A stretch of 64,000 nt of DNA, from positions 40,922-104,921 of the forward strand of contig JACQWY010000011.1 in assembly GCA_016209015.1 (NCBI GenBank), read 5' to 3'. The notes beneath the pieces are model-generated. The model was not told where the DNA came from. It saw only the letters and a program-made list of their open reading frames with translations, and did no database searches. Shown here in pieces: positions 20,343 to 29,376 of the stretch. Position 1 is the first letter of the stretch. Each line of letters opens with the position of its first letter. The stretch comes from Gammaproteobacteria bacterium. Its GTDB lineage: Bacteria > Pseudomonadota > Gammaproteobacteria > Ga0077536. The translations under genes were made by a program, and so were the position numbers.

Positions 20343-20487
20343 ACGCCGCCATAGTCGGGACCGTACGCTGCGACGGGCCGGCCGCCGACTCATGGGCGAC
20401 CGGCGCCGACGCCTCACGAAATGATTCATTCGTCACCTCCGGGCGCGGGCCGGCGGGGCGGCAGTCGGGACGCGTTGGGGACCAGCA

Positions 20488-21219
20488 TTGAACAGCCACT
20501 CCGAGCCTCAGTTTTCCTGGCGGTCCTACGCCGTCTCTCACGTGGGCAAGGTGCGCAAGCTCAACGAGGATGCCTGTCTCGATCGCCCCGAGGTCGGCCT
20601 GTGGGCGATCGCCGACGGCATGGGCGGACACTCGGCCGGCGATCTCGCGAGCCAGCTCGTCATCAACGTGCTCTCGAAGATCAAGCCGCACGCCGAGCTC
20701 TCGTCGCTCGTCGATTTCGTCGAGCACGGCATCATCTCGGCGAACACCCGCCTGTTCGATCTCGCGGCAGCGAGCAATCAGACGATCGGCAGCACCGTCG
20801 TCACGCTGCTCTGCGCGCAGGGTCATTGCGTCTACATGTGGGCCGGCGACAGCCGGCTCTATCGCCTGCGCGGCGGCAGGCTGCAGCAGCTCACGACGGA
20901 TCATTCGCAGGTCGAGCTCTACGTCCAGCAGGGTCTCATCCGGCGCGAGGACGCCTCCGCCCACCCCGCCGGCAATCTCGTGACGCGGGCGGTGGGCGCG
21001 TCCGGCGAATTGCACCTCGATCTGGACATCGGGAGGCTGGCGGCCGGCGACCGCTTCCTGCTCTGTTCCGACGGGCTCATCCGCCACGTCACGTTCGAGG
21101 AAATCGAGAGCTCGCTCGGCGAACCGAGCGCCGAGCTCGCGGCCGAGCGGCTGCTCGGCATGACGCTCAGTCGCGGCGCGGTCGACAACGTTTCGATCTG
21201 CGTCGTCGAAGTGGTATGA
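20488..21219 (+). CDS. PP2C/PPM-family Ser/Thr phosphatase (PppA/Stp1-like)
   Basis: GKVRKLNED, ADGMGGHSAG, AGDSRLY, TTDHS, LLCSDGL, DNV motifs intact; TTG start. Confidence 0.93.
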   Translation: MNSHSEPQFSWRSYAVSHVGKVRKLNEDACLDRPEVGLWAIADGMGGHSAGDLASQLVINVLSKIKPHAELSSLVDFVEHGIISANTRLFDLAAASNQTIGSTVVTLLCAQGHCVYMWAGDSRLYRLRGGRLQQLTTDHSQVELYVQQGLIRREDASAHPAGNLVTRAVGASGELHLDLDIGRLAAGDRFLLCSDGLIRHVTFEEIESSLGEPSAELAAERLLGMTLSRGAVDNVSICVVEVV

Positions 21220-21306
21220 AAGCAGGAGGCACCGGTCTGCGCGCGCCACGACGCGCGGGATCCTCGGTCCGGGGACGGCACACAACTTTTTCCAAGGTAA
21301 ACGCGC

Positions 21307-24300
21307 GTGGCTGATTTCAAGACTGCCCTGGCGGCGTTGACGCGGGGCGAGGTCGCATTCGAGACCTTCATCGACAACATCGCAAAGCTCCTGGAGACGC
21401 GGCCGCAAGCCGCAGTTCAGGTGATGAATCAACTGCGCGAGGCCTATGGCGAGGACGTGATCGACGCGGCCACCTACGCGCGCCTGAAGCGCAGCGTGGC
21501 CGAGCTCGCGGCGCCGTCGCCGGATGACGACGCGCGCACCGAGACCGGCGCGCGGACCGTCTACGAGCCGCTCGCGGAGTCCGAGGCGAAGACCGTCTTC
21601 GCCGGCGACGAGGCGACGAGCGGCTACGAGATCGATCGCGACGGCGCGACCCAGCTCCTCGGCGACGTCGACCACGACGCACCGACCGCGTTGCACACCG
21701 TGCGCACCTCGCCGCCCGAGGCGTCGGGCCTCGACTTCGACATCACCGGCGACAGCCAGCCGAGCACGGGCTCTTCCTGGGATTCCTCGCTGCCGACGAT
21801 GCCGCCGCGCGCGGAGCTCAAAATCGCGCCCGGCACGGTGCTGAAGGAACGCTTCCAGCTCGACGAGGTACTCGGCGTCGGCGGTATGGGTACCGTGTAC
21901 AAGGGCCGCGACCTCATCAAGGTCGAGGCGCGCGACAAGAATCCCTACGTCGCCTTGAAAGTGCTGAACGAGGACTTCAAGAAGCACCCGGACGCGTTCA
22001 TCGCGCTCCAGCGCGAAGCGAGCCGCCAGCAGAAGCTCGCGCATCCGAACATCGCGACGGTCTACGATTTCGATCGCACCGGCGGCGGCACCGTCTTCCT
22101 GACGATGGAAATGCTCGTCGGCACGCCGCTCAACAATTACATCAAGAAGGACGTGAAGGCGCGCGGCGGTCTGCCGTTCGCGGAAGCCTTCCCGATGATC
22201 CAGGGCCTCGGCAACGCACTCGTCTACGCCCACGAACGCAACATCGTCCATTCCGACTTCAAACCCGGGAACTGCTTCCTGACGAAAGACGGCACGATGA
22301 AGGTGCTCGACTTCGGCATCGCGCGCGCAGTGAAAAATCCCGGCCAGGGCGAGGGCGAGAAGACGCTGTTCGACCCGGGCAAGCTCGGCGCGCTGACGCC
22401 GGCCTACGCGAGCGCCGAGATGCTGGAGGGTCAGGAACCCGATCCGCGGGACGACATCTATGCGCTCGCCTGCGTCGCCTACGAGCTGCTGACGGGACGG
22501 CATCCGTTCAACAAGCTGCCCGCGAACAGCGCGCGCGACAACAAGCTCGTGCCGCAGCCCGTGAAGGGTCTGAAGCGCAAGCAGCAACGCGGCCTGATGC
22601 GCGGCCTGGCCTTCGATCGCAAGAATCGCAGCCAGAGCGTCGCGGAATTCCTCGAAGAGCTCGAGGGCCGGACGTCGCCGTTCAGGAATCCGTTCATCAT
22701 GGTGCCCGCGGCCGTCGTGCTGCTCGCCGTCGCCGGCGTCTATCCGACCCTGAACGTCCTGCACCAGCGCGACATCGCGGGTCGCATCGCACTCGCGAAG
22801 ACGGGCGATGCGGCGACGATCGATCGGGTGCTGACCGGCCTCGCCACGCTCGACAATCCGGCCGATCGCGACCAGGTGCTCGTCGCGGCGCGCGAGGAAA
22901 TCTTCAAGTACTACCAGGCCAGGATCAACGAACGGATCGACACCGAGCACAAGCAATACGACTTCGCCGGCGCCCGCGCGCTGATCGAGAGGATCTCCGC
23001 CTTCGACGTCTACAAGGACTCGGCCCAGGTGAAGGCGATGAAGCAGCAGATCGACGACAGCGAGAACGTGCTGCTCGCGCTGCAGACCGAGCAGTTCAAT
23101 ACGGCGCTCGAGCAGGAAGCGCTGCTGCCGACCGCCGGCGGGACGAACGTGCTCGGCGTGATCGAGACCGTGGCGAAATTCGCGCCCGATGCCGCGAAGC
23201 AACTGAAGAAGCGTCTGTCCGGCCCCTATTCAGCCGCGATCACGAAGGCGATCGCCGACAAGGACTTCGAGCGCGCGAAGACGCTGGGCACCACCGGTAT
23301 CGGTCTCCTGCCCGACAGCAGGAACCTGCGCAACCTCATGGACAAGGTCGGCAGCGAGCAGGAACGCTACGAGCTCGCCGCGCAGATCCTCGGCCTGACG
23401 GGCCGCATCCAGGCCGCGCTCGACGGCTACAAGGCGCTCGACGCCCTGCGCGACGTGCGCAGCGACGTCGTGGAGCTCGCGAAGATCGATCCCGGCAATC
23501 ATCTACTCGAGGAGATCGCGAAGAAGATCGGCGCGGGCGTCGACAAGGACCTCAAGGATCTGCAGGCTTCGCACGCCTGGGGCCGCAGTCTCGTCGTGCA
23601 GCAGGAGTACGCGCCGATGTTGCGCGCGGTCGGGCTGCAGGACGCCGCGCTCGCCGCGGCGAAGCTGCGCGACGAATTCACGGGCGAGGTCGGCAAGCGC
23701 GCGGGCGCGGTCCTGCAGGCCGTCGCCGGAGACGCGATCGCACCGCCCGCGAGCCCGAACGCCGTCGACGGCCTGAAGGAGCTCGCCGCGATCGCGCCCG
23801 AGGACAACCGCACGCTGCAGGTCCGCGACGTCGTCGCGCACGCCCTGCTGCGCAGCGCACGCCTCGCCCGCGCGAAAGGCGACGAAGCGCATGTCGCGCC
23901 CCGTCTGCAGCTCGCCGCGGCGCAGTCGCCGAGCCCGGCGGTCGCGAAGCTCATCGGCGATGCCGCCCAACCCGCGGCGGCCGCGACACCGGATCACGCG
24001 GCCTTCCAGACCGCGCTCGCCGCGCTCGGCAACGACCCCGCGAAGCTCCCCGCCATCCTCGCCGCGCTCGATGCGCTCGAAGCCGCGAAGCCCGATGCGC
24101 CCGAGCTCGCGACGGCCCGCGACGCCACCGCCACGGCGGCGGCCGCGCTCGCCGACGAGCTCGGCAAGGCGGGAAAATGGGACGACGCGCTCGCCGCGGC
24201 CTGGTCTGCTGCGGCACTCGCCCCGGCCGCGCCCGGCTTCGGCGACAGGCTCGCCGCGCTCGACACGAGCCGCCTGCAGGCGCGCGCGGAAGCCGAACGC

Positions 24301-26178
24301 AAGCTCGTCGCCGACAGCAAGCAGGCCGTCGAACAACTGCTCGCCGCACCGAGCGCGGATCGCGAGTGGAACTCGAAGGTCCAGCAGCGCATGGCGGACG
24401 TCCTGGGCCTCGCGGATCCCAAGGATCCCTGGCTCGCCGAGTACCGCGGCAAGCTCGCCGCGGTCTACGTCGAGAAGGCGAAGGGCATGCGCGAAGCCGA
24501 GCGTTTCGCCGAGGGCGGCAGCCTTCTCGAGCGCGCCGCGCGCTATGCCCCGGATCTTCCCGCGCTCGCCGCGGAACGCCAGGCGCTCGCCGCGGCGAAC
24601 GAAGCGTTCGAGAAAGAACAGCGCGAGCAGGAACTCGCCGCCCGGATCGAAGGTTTCAAGCAGACGTTCGCGACGCAGGCGAAGGCGAACGACGTCGTCG
24701 GCGCCGCGAAGACGCTCGAGCAGATCACGGCCGAAGTCGGCGGCGACGACGCCTTCGTCGCGACCGAGGCCCCGCAAGTGCTCGGCAAGGCCTATCTCCG
24801 TCTCGCGGTCAGCAAGGCCGAGGCGCAGGATTTCGCGGCCGCGCTGAAATTCGCGAAAGCGGGCCTGAAGCTGCAGCCGAAGGATCAGGAACTGCGTCTC
24901 GCCGTGAAGGACTACACCGTGAGCGGCAACACGCAGGACCTCGGCAATACGTTCGCGCGCAATCCGAACTTCGACGTCGCCGAGGTGCTCGACAAGATCG
25001 CCGAGGTGCAGACGCTCGATCCGAAGGTCTACGGCGAGCAGGAAGCGGCCTGGGCGAAAGCCGTCGCCGCGCGTCTGAATGCGCCCGAGGAGAACGCGGA
25101 TGCCGAAGCCGCGAAGAAGCTGCTGCAGCACGCGAAGGAAGTCTTCGCCGGCAACCAGCTCATCGCCGCGCTCGAGCCCGTGCCCCTCTTATCCGCGCCG
25201 ACGCCCGAAATTGCGGCGATCGAGAAGGCGATCAACGCCGCGCTGTTGACGCAGGCGCGCGATCTCATCACCGCCGCGGCCGCGAAGAACCCGGACAGCG
25301 CGGACGTCGTACGGCTCAAGGGCCTCTACAACGGCCGTCTGAAGCAGGTGAAGTCGCTCTACGAGGATTACAAGACGGCGTTCACGGCGAAGGATTACGA
25401 GAAGGCGAATCAGATCCTCGACAAGGCCCTCGGCATCTGGGCCGACAGCGCGACGTTCAAGAAGGAGAAGTCCCGCGTGGTGGCGGCGCTCAAGCCCGGG
25501 GCCTCGGTGCAGGAGGAGACGAACCTGCTGCCGCCGCCGCCGTCGAAGAGCCCGTGCACGGATCAGCTCGCGGGCCACGGCAAGCGCAAGCAGGGCACGT
25601 GCTTCGACATGATCGACCAGACCGCGCGCGGTCCGCTGATGGTCGTCGTGCCGGGCGGCGGCGCCGCCGCGCACGCGTTCGCCATCGGGCGCTACGAAGT
25701 GTCAGTCGGCGACTACAACGCCTACTGCCAGCTCTCGGGCAAGTGCCAGCCCGTCGCGGGCAGCGATCCGGATCTGCCGGTCACGAACATCACGCTCGAG
25801 CAGGCGAATGCCTACGCGACCTGGCTGTCCGCGCGCACCGGCAAGACGTATCGGCTGCCGACGGTGCAGGAATGGAGCTATGCCGCCGAGGCGGCGGGCG
25901 ATCAGCCGCAGAAGGACTACAACTGCCGCGTCGAGCAGGGCGGTCAGATCATGAAGGGCCAGTCCGCAATGGACGTGAACAGCGGCAAGCCGAACGGCTG
26001 GGGGCTCTACAACTACGTGGGCAACGTCCAGGAATGGGTCAAGAGCGGCGGCGGGGTGGTCGTGCGCGGTGGCGCGTTCGAGGACACGTTCAGCAAGTGC
26101 AACATCAATCTCGAAAAGCCGCACGACGGCAAGGCCGACAACGTCACCGGCTTCCGGCTCGTCCTGGATCTCGGTTGA
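21307..26178 (+). CDS. Membrane Ser/Thr (Hanks) kinase with long helical/TPR-like region and C-terminal FGE-sulfatase-like domain
   Basis: LGVGGMGTVYKG, VALKVL, HSDFKPGN, DFGIARA, TPAYAS-E, DIYALAC; one TM (FIMVPAAVVLLAVAGVY); C-terminal YEVSVGDYNAYC, YRLPTVQEWSYAA, GNVQEW, VRGG, GFRLV. Confidence 0.92.
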   Translation: MADFKTALAALTRGEVAFETFIDNIAKLLETRPQAAVQVMNQLREAYGEDVIDAATYARLKRSVAELAAPSPDDDARTETGARTVYEPLAESEAKTVFAGDEATSGYEIDRDGATQLLGDVDHDAPTALHTVRTSPPEASGLDFDITGDSQPSTGSSWDSSLPTMPPRAELKIAPGTVLKERFQLDEVLGVGGMGTVYKGRDLIKVEARDKNPYVALKVLNEDFKKHPDAFIALQREASRQQKLAHPNIATVYDFDRTGGGTVFLTMEMLVGTPLNNYIKKDVKARGGLPFAEAFPMIQGLGNALVYAHERNIVHSDFKPGNCFLTKDGTMKVLDFGIARAVKNPGQGEGEKTLFDPGKLGALTPAYASAEMLEGQEPDPRDDIYALACVAYELLTGRHPFNKLPANSARDNKLVPQPVKGLKRKQQRGLMRGLAFDRKNRSQSVAEFLEELEGRTSPFRNPFIMVPAAVVLLAVAGVYPTLNVLHQRDIAGRIALAKTGDAATIDRVLTGLATLDNPADRDQVLVAAREEIFKYYQARINERIDTEHKQYDFAGARALIERISAFDVYKDSAQVKAMKQQIDDSENVLLALQTEQFNTALEQEALLPTAGGTNVLGVIETVAKFAPDAAKQLKKRLSGPYSAAITKAIADKDFERAKTLGTTGIGLLPDSRNLRNLMDKVGSEQERYELAAQILGLTGRIQAALDGYKALDALRDVRSDVVELAKIDPGNHLLEEIAKKIGAGVDKDLKDLQASHAWGRSLVVQQEYAPMLRAVGLQDAALAAAKLRDEFTGEVGKRAGAVLQAVAGDAIAPPASPNAVDGLKELAAIAPEDNRTLQVRDVVAHALLRSARLARAKGDEAHVAPRLQLAAAQSPSPAVAKLIGDAAQPAAAATPDHAAFQTALAALGNDPAKLPAILAALDALEAAKPDAPELATARDATATAAAALADELGKAGKWDDALAAAWSAAALAPAAPGFGDRLAALDTSRLQARAEAERKLVADSKQAVEQLLAAPSADREWNSKVQQRMADVLGLADPKDPWLAEYRGKLAAVYVEKAKGMREAERFAEGGSLLERAARYAPDLPALAAERQALAAANEAFEKEQREQELAARIEGFKQTFATQAKANDVVGAAKTLEQITAEVGGDDAFVATEAPQVLGKAYLRLAVSKAEAQDFAAALKFAKAGLKLQPKDQELRLAVKDYTVSGNTQDLGNTFARNPNFDVAEVLDKIAEVQTLDPKVYGEQEAAWAKAVAARLNAPEENADAEAAKKLLQHAKEVFAGNQLIAALEPVPLLSAPTPEIAAIEKAINAALLTQARDLITAAAAKNPDSADVVRLKGLYNGRLKQVKSLYEDYKTAFTAKDYEKANQILDKALGIWADSATFKKEKSRVVAALKPGASVQEETNLLPPPPSKSPCTDQLAGHGKRKQGTCFDMIDQTARGPLMVVVPGGGAAAHAFAIGRYEVSVGDYNAYCQLSGKCQPVAGSDPDLPVTNITLEQANAYATWLSARTGKTYRLPTVQEWSYAAEAAGDQPQKDYNCRVEQGGQIMKGQSAMDVNSGKPNGWGLYNYVGNVQEWVKSGGGVVVRGGAFEDTFSKCNINLEKPHDGKADNVTGFRLVLDLG

Positions 26179-26229
26179 GCCGCGACGGATGGGGAAACGT
26201 GTGACCGCGACTGGGGACGGCATCACGAC

Positions 26230-27930
26230 ATGCAGACGCTGAGAGCGCTCGCCGCGGATTATGCGGAAGGCCGGATCGATCGCAAGACGTTCATCACCGA
26301 GCGACGCCGCCTCATCGACGGCATCGTCGCCGGCGAGATCCCGTTGCCCGAGGAAGCGCCGCCCGCCGCGCCACCGCCGCAGGCCGAGGGCGACGAGGAC
26401 ATCACCGTCGACGTCGCGGAGCAGTCTGCGGAGCCGGTCCCCGCGGCCGCGCCCACGGCCGTCGCGCCCCGCAAGTCGGGACGCGGCGCCGGCATCGCCG
26501 TCGCGCTCGGGATCGCGGCCGCGCTGGCCTTCGGCGCAAAGCAGTTCCTGGCCCCGACGACACCCGCCACGACGGCGGCGCCCGCGACGAACGTGGCCGC
26601 GCAGCCTTCGCTCGTCGCCCGCTTCATCGCCGGGAACCACTGGGACGAAACGGCGCTGCTGAAATTCACCGAGCAATGGCAGGCGCTGCCCGAGGCGGAA
26701 CGCAAGAGCCTGCGCGGCACGCCGGCGATGAGCCAGTTGAGCGATCTCCTGCAGACGCGCTTCAACGAGGCGCGCGCGCTGCTCGAGCTCGGCGATCGCG
26801 ACGGAGCGCTCGCGACCCAGCGCCGTCTGCTCGAGCTCGCGCAGGCGCTCGAGATCAGCAATGAGCGGATCGACCGCATGGCGGCCGAATGGCGGGTCGC
26901 GATCGCGAGTCCGGTGAAGCCTGGCGCCGCGAAGCCGGTCGCGGCCGCGACGGCGCCCGCTCCCGCTGCCACCGCGCCCACGGTCGCGGACGCACCGGCT
27001 GCGGCAGCGCCCGCGGAGGCCGTCCCGGATGCGGCCCCCGCGCCGACGGCCGCCACGCCCGTGGAAGCTCCGCCTCCCGTAGCGGCCCCGTCGGAAGCAT
27101 CCAAGGCGCTCGAGCCCAAGCCGGCCGCCACGGAGCAGGCAGCGCCGGAATCCGCCGCCGAGGGCCCGTCGTCTCCCGGCTGCAGTGCCGCGCTCGCGAC
27201 GCAGCGCCGTCCGTATTGCCGCGACAAGCTCGGCAACGGCACGGGTGGACCGCTGCTCGCCGTCGTGCCGCACGGCGCCTACACCATGGGCGGGCGGCGG
27301 CCCGAGGAGGCGCCGCGCCATCGCGTCGACGTCGCCCGGGCTTTTGCGATGAGCGTCTTCGAGGTGAGCACGGCGGATTTCGCGGCGTTCTGCAAGGCTG
27401 CGGGCGCGGGTTGCCCCGCCCAACCCTGGAACGAAGCGCGTCTGCCCGCCGTCAACGTGCCGTGGAAGCTCGCCGCAGCCTACGCCGAGTGGCTGTCGGC
27501 CCAGACGCATGCGCACTACCGCCTGCCCAGCGAGGCCGAATGGGAATACGCGGCGCGCGCCGGCACGGACACCGAATACCCGTTCGGGGACGAGCTCCTG
27601 CCGACCCATGCGCGCTTCAGCTTCCAGGGCCCGCAGACGATGCCGCTCGCGGCCGACGATCGTTCCGTCAATAAGAACCGCTTCCGTCTGTATCATATGG
27701 TCGGCAACGTGCGCGAATGGGTCGCGGACGCCTGGAACGCCGGTTACGTCGGTGCGAGTGAAGAGGCGACGGCCCGCACCGCGCCGGAATCCGGACCGCA
27801 CGTCGTACGCGGCGGGTCGTATGCCGATCCCGCGGAACGCCTGCGCTCCGCGGCGCGCGGTCCGGGCGCGGACGAGGGCGACGCGTTCACGGGCATCCGC
27901 CTCGTCCGCGACTTGCAGACAGCTCCCTAG
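26230..27930 (+). CDS. Membrane protein with Pro/Ala linker and C-terminal FGE-sulfatase (SUMF1/EgtB/PvdO-like) domain
   Basis: TM GAGIAVALGIAAALAFG; YRLPSEAEWEYAARAGT, LYHMVGNVREWV, VVRGGSY, GIRLVRD. Confidence 0.88.
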   Translation: MQTLRALAADYAEGRIDRKTFITERRRLIDGIVAGEIPLPEEAPPAAPPPQAEGDEDITVDVAEQSAEPVPAAAPTAVAPRKSGRGAGIAVALGIAAALAFGAKQFLAPTTPATTAAPATNVAAQPSLVARFIAGNHWDETALLKFTEQWQALPEAERKSLRGTPAMSQLSDLLQTRFNEARALLELGDRDGALATQRRLLELAQALEISNERIDRMAAEWRVAIASPVKPGAAKPVAAATAPAPAATAPTVADAPAAAAPAEAVPDAAPAPTAATPVEAPPPVAAPSEASKALEPKPAATEQAAPESAAEGPSSPGCSAALATQRRPYCRDKLGNGTGGPLLAVVPHGAYTMGGRRPEEAPRHRVDVARAFAMSVFEVSTADFAAFCKAAGAGCPAQPWNEARLPAVNVPWKLAAAYAEWLSAQTHAHYRLPSEAEWEYAARAGTDTEYPFGDELLPTHARFSFQGPQTMPLAADDRSVNKNRFRLYHMVGNVREWVADAWNAGYVGASEEATARTAPESGPHVVRGGSYADPAERLRSAARGPGADEGDAFTGIRLVRDLQTAP

Positions 27931-28004
27931 CGCAGCAGTGCGCTGCCGGCGCGCCGTCGTTCGCGGCGCGTGCCTCATCTCATCGACCAGCGGATTACGA
28001 TTCG

Positions 28005-28703
28005 ATGTTGAACCTCGACGAAACCGAAATCGCGAAATTCAGAGACCTCGCCGCAGCGTGGTGGGACGAGCGCGGTGCGAGCCGCACGCTTCACGACATC
28101 AACCCCGCGCGCACGCAGTTCGTCGCCGCGCGCTGCGATCTCAAGGGCACGCGCGTGCTCGACGTAGGCTGCGGCGGCGGCATCTTCAGCGAGGCGCTGG
28201 CGCGTGAAGGCGCCGTCGTCACCGGCATCGATGCCGGCGTGGAAGTGATCCGCATCGCCACCGGGCACGCCCACGAGAGCGGGCTGGCGATCGACTACTG
28301 CGCCGTGACGGCCGAGGAATTCGCGCGCGAGCGCGCCGGCGAATTCGCCGTCGTCACCTGCATGGAGCTGCTCGAGCACGTGCCCGATCCCGAAAGTCTG
28401 CTCGTCGCCTGTCACGAACTGCTCGCGCCCGGCGGCCAGCTCTTCGTCTCGACGCTGAACCGCACCGCGGCGGCCTGGCTCGGCGCCGTCGTCGGCGCGG
28501 AATACCTCGCCGGCCTGCTGCCGCGCGGCACGCACGATTATTCGAAATTCATCCGCCCCGCGGAGCTCGCGCGCTGGCTGCGCGGCTGCGGCTTCGAAGT
28601 CCGTGAGATCGCCGGTATGCAGTACAACCCGCTCACGCGCGGCGCGCGCATCGGCGGCTCGACGCGCGTGAACTATCTGCTGCACGCCGTGCGCCCGGCA
28701 TGA
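28005..28703 (+). CDS. ubiG: Ubiquinone biosynthesis O-methyltransferase
   Basis: EIAKF...WWD, LHDINP-R, VLDVGCGGGI, TCMELLEHVPDP, STLNR, LPRGTHDYSKFIRP-EL. Confidence 0.96.
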   Translation: MLNLDETEIAKFRDLAAAWWDERGASRTLHDINPARTQFVAARCDLKGTRVLDVGCGGGIFSEALAREGAVVTGIDAGVEVIRIATGHAHESGLAIDYCAVTAEEFARERAGEFAVVTCMELLEHVPDPESLLVACHELLAPGGQLFVSTLNRTAAAWLGAVVGAEYLAGLLPRGTHDYSKFIRPAELARWLRGCGFEVREIAGMQYNPLTRGARIGGSTRVNYLLHAVRPA

Positions 28704-29374
28704 GCTCCCCGCGTCCTGACGTCACGCACGTCCTGTTCGATCTCGACGGCACGCTGCTCGATACCGCGCCCGATCTCGCCTACGCGCTGAATGCGCTATG
28801 CGGGCGTCACGGCCGTTCCGCGCTGCCCTACGAGACGATCCGGCCGCAGGTCTCGCACGGCGGTGCGGCGCTCGTGCGCCTCGGCTTCGGCATCGACGAT
28901 CATGCGCCCGGATTCGAGGCGCTGCGCCGCGAGCTGCTCGACCTCTATCACGCGAACGTCGCGCGCGCGAGCCGGCTCTTCGACGGCATGGACGCACTGC
29001 TCGAGACGATCGAACGCGCGGGCCTCGTCTGGGGCATCGTGACGAACAAGCCGGGCTGGCTCACCGCGCCGCTGCTCGATGCCCTCGGCCTCGAATCGCG
29101 GCCGGCCTGCGTGGTGAGCGGCGACACGCTGCCGCAGCGCAAGCCGCATCCCGCGCCCCTGCTGCATGCCGCGGCCTGCATGGACGGTGCGCCCGCGCGC
29201 TGTCTCTACATCGGCGACGCCGCACGCGACATCGAAGCCGGTCACGCCGCCGGCATGATCACCATGGCCGCGCTCTACGGCTACATCCCCGCGGACGAGG
29301 ATCCCCTGAGCTGGAACGCGACGGCCTACGTCGCGACCCCGCCCGACATCGGCCGCTGGCTCGCGCTCGCCTGA
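28700..29374 (+). CDS. HAD phosphatase (phosphoglycolate phosphatase Gph / MurNAc-6-P phosphatase MupP-like)
   Basis: LFDLDGTLLDTAPDL, IVTNKP, KPHPAPL, YIGDAARDIEAG; ATGA overlap with ubiG, an arrangement also seen for Pseudomonas ubiG-mupP. Confidence 0.9.
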   Translation: MSSPRPDVTHVLFDLDGTLLDTAPDLAYALNALCGRHGRSALPYETIRPQVSHGGAALVRLGFGIDDHAPGFEALRRELLDLYHANVARASRLFDGMDALLETIERAGLVWGIVTNKPGWLTAPLLDALGLESRPACVVSGDTLPQRKPHPAPLLHAAACMDGAPARCLYIGDAARDIEAGHAAGMITMAALYGYIPADEDPLSWNATAYVATPPDIGRWLALA

Positions 29375-29376
29375 GC

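Noticed and set aside
25550-27915. FGE domains as active formylglycine-generating enzymes linked to the sulfotransferase/sulfate metabolism
   Set aside because: Catalytic Cys pair is absent in both domains and no sulfatase gene is nearby
19443-27930. Calling the kinase/phosphatase/FHA/FGE cluster a type VI secretion locus
   Set aside because: No tssB/C/J/K/L/M, hcp, vgrG or clpV in the window; only the regulatory-type components are present
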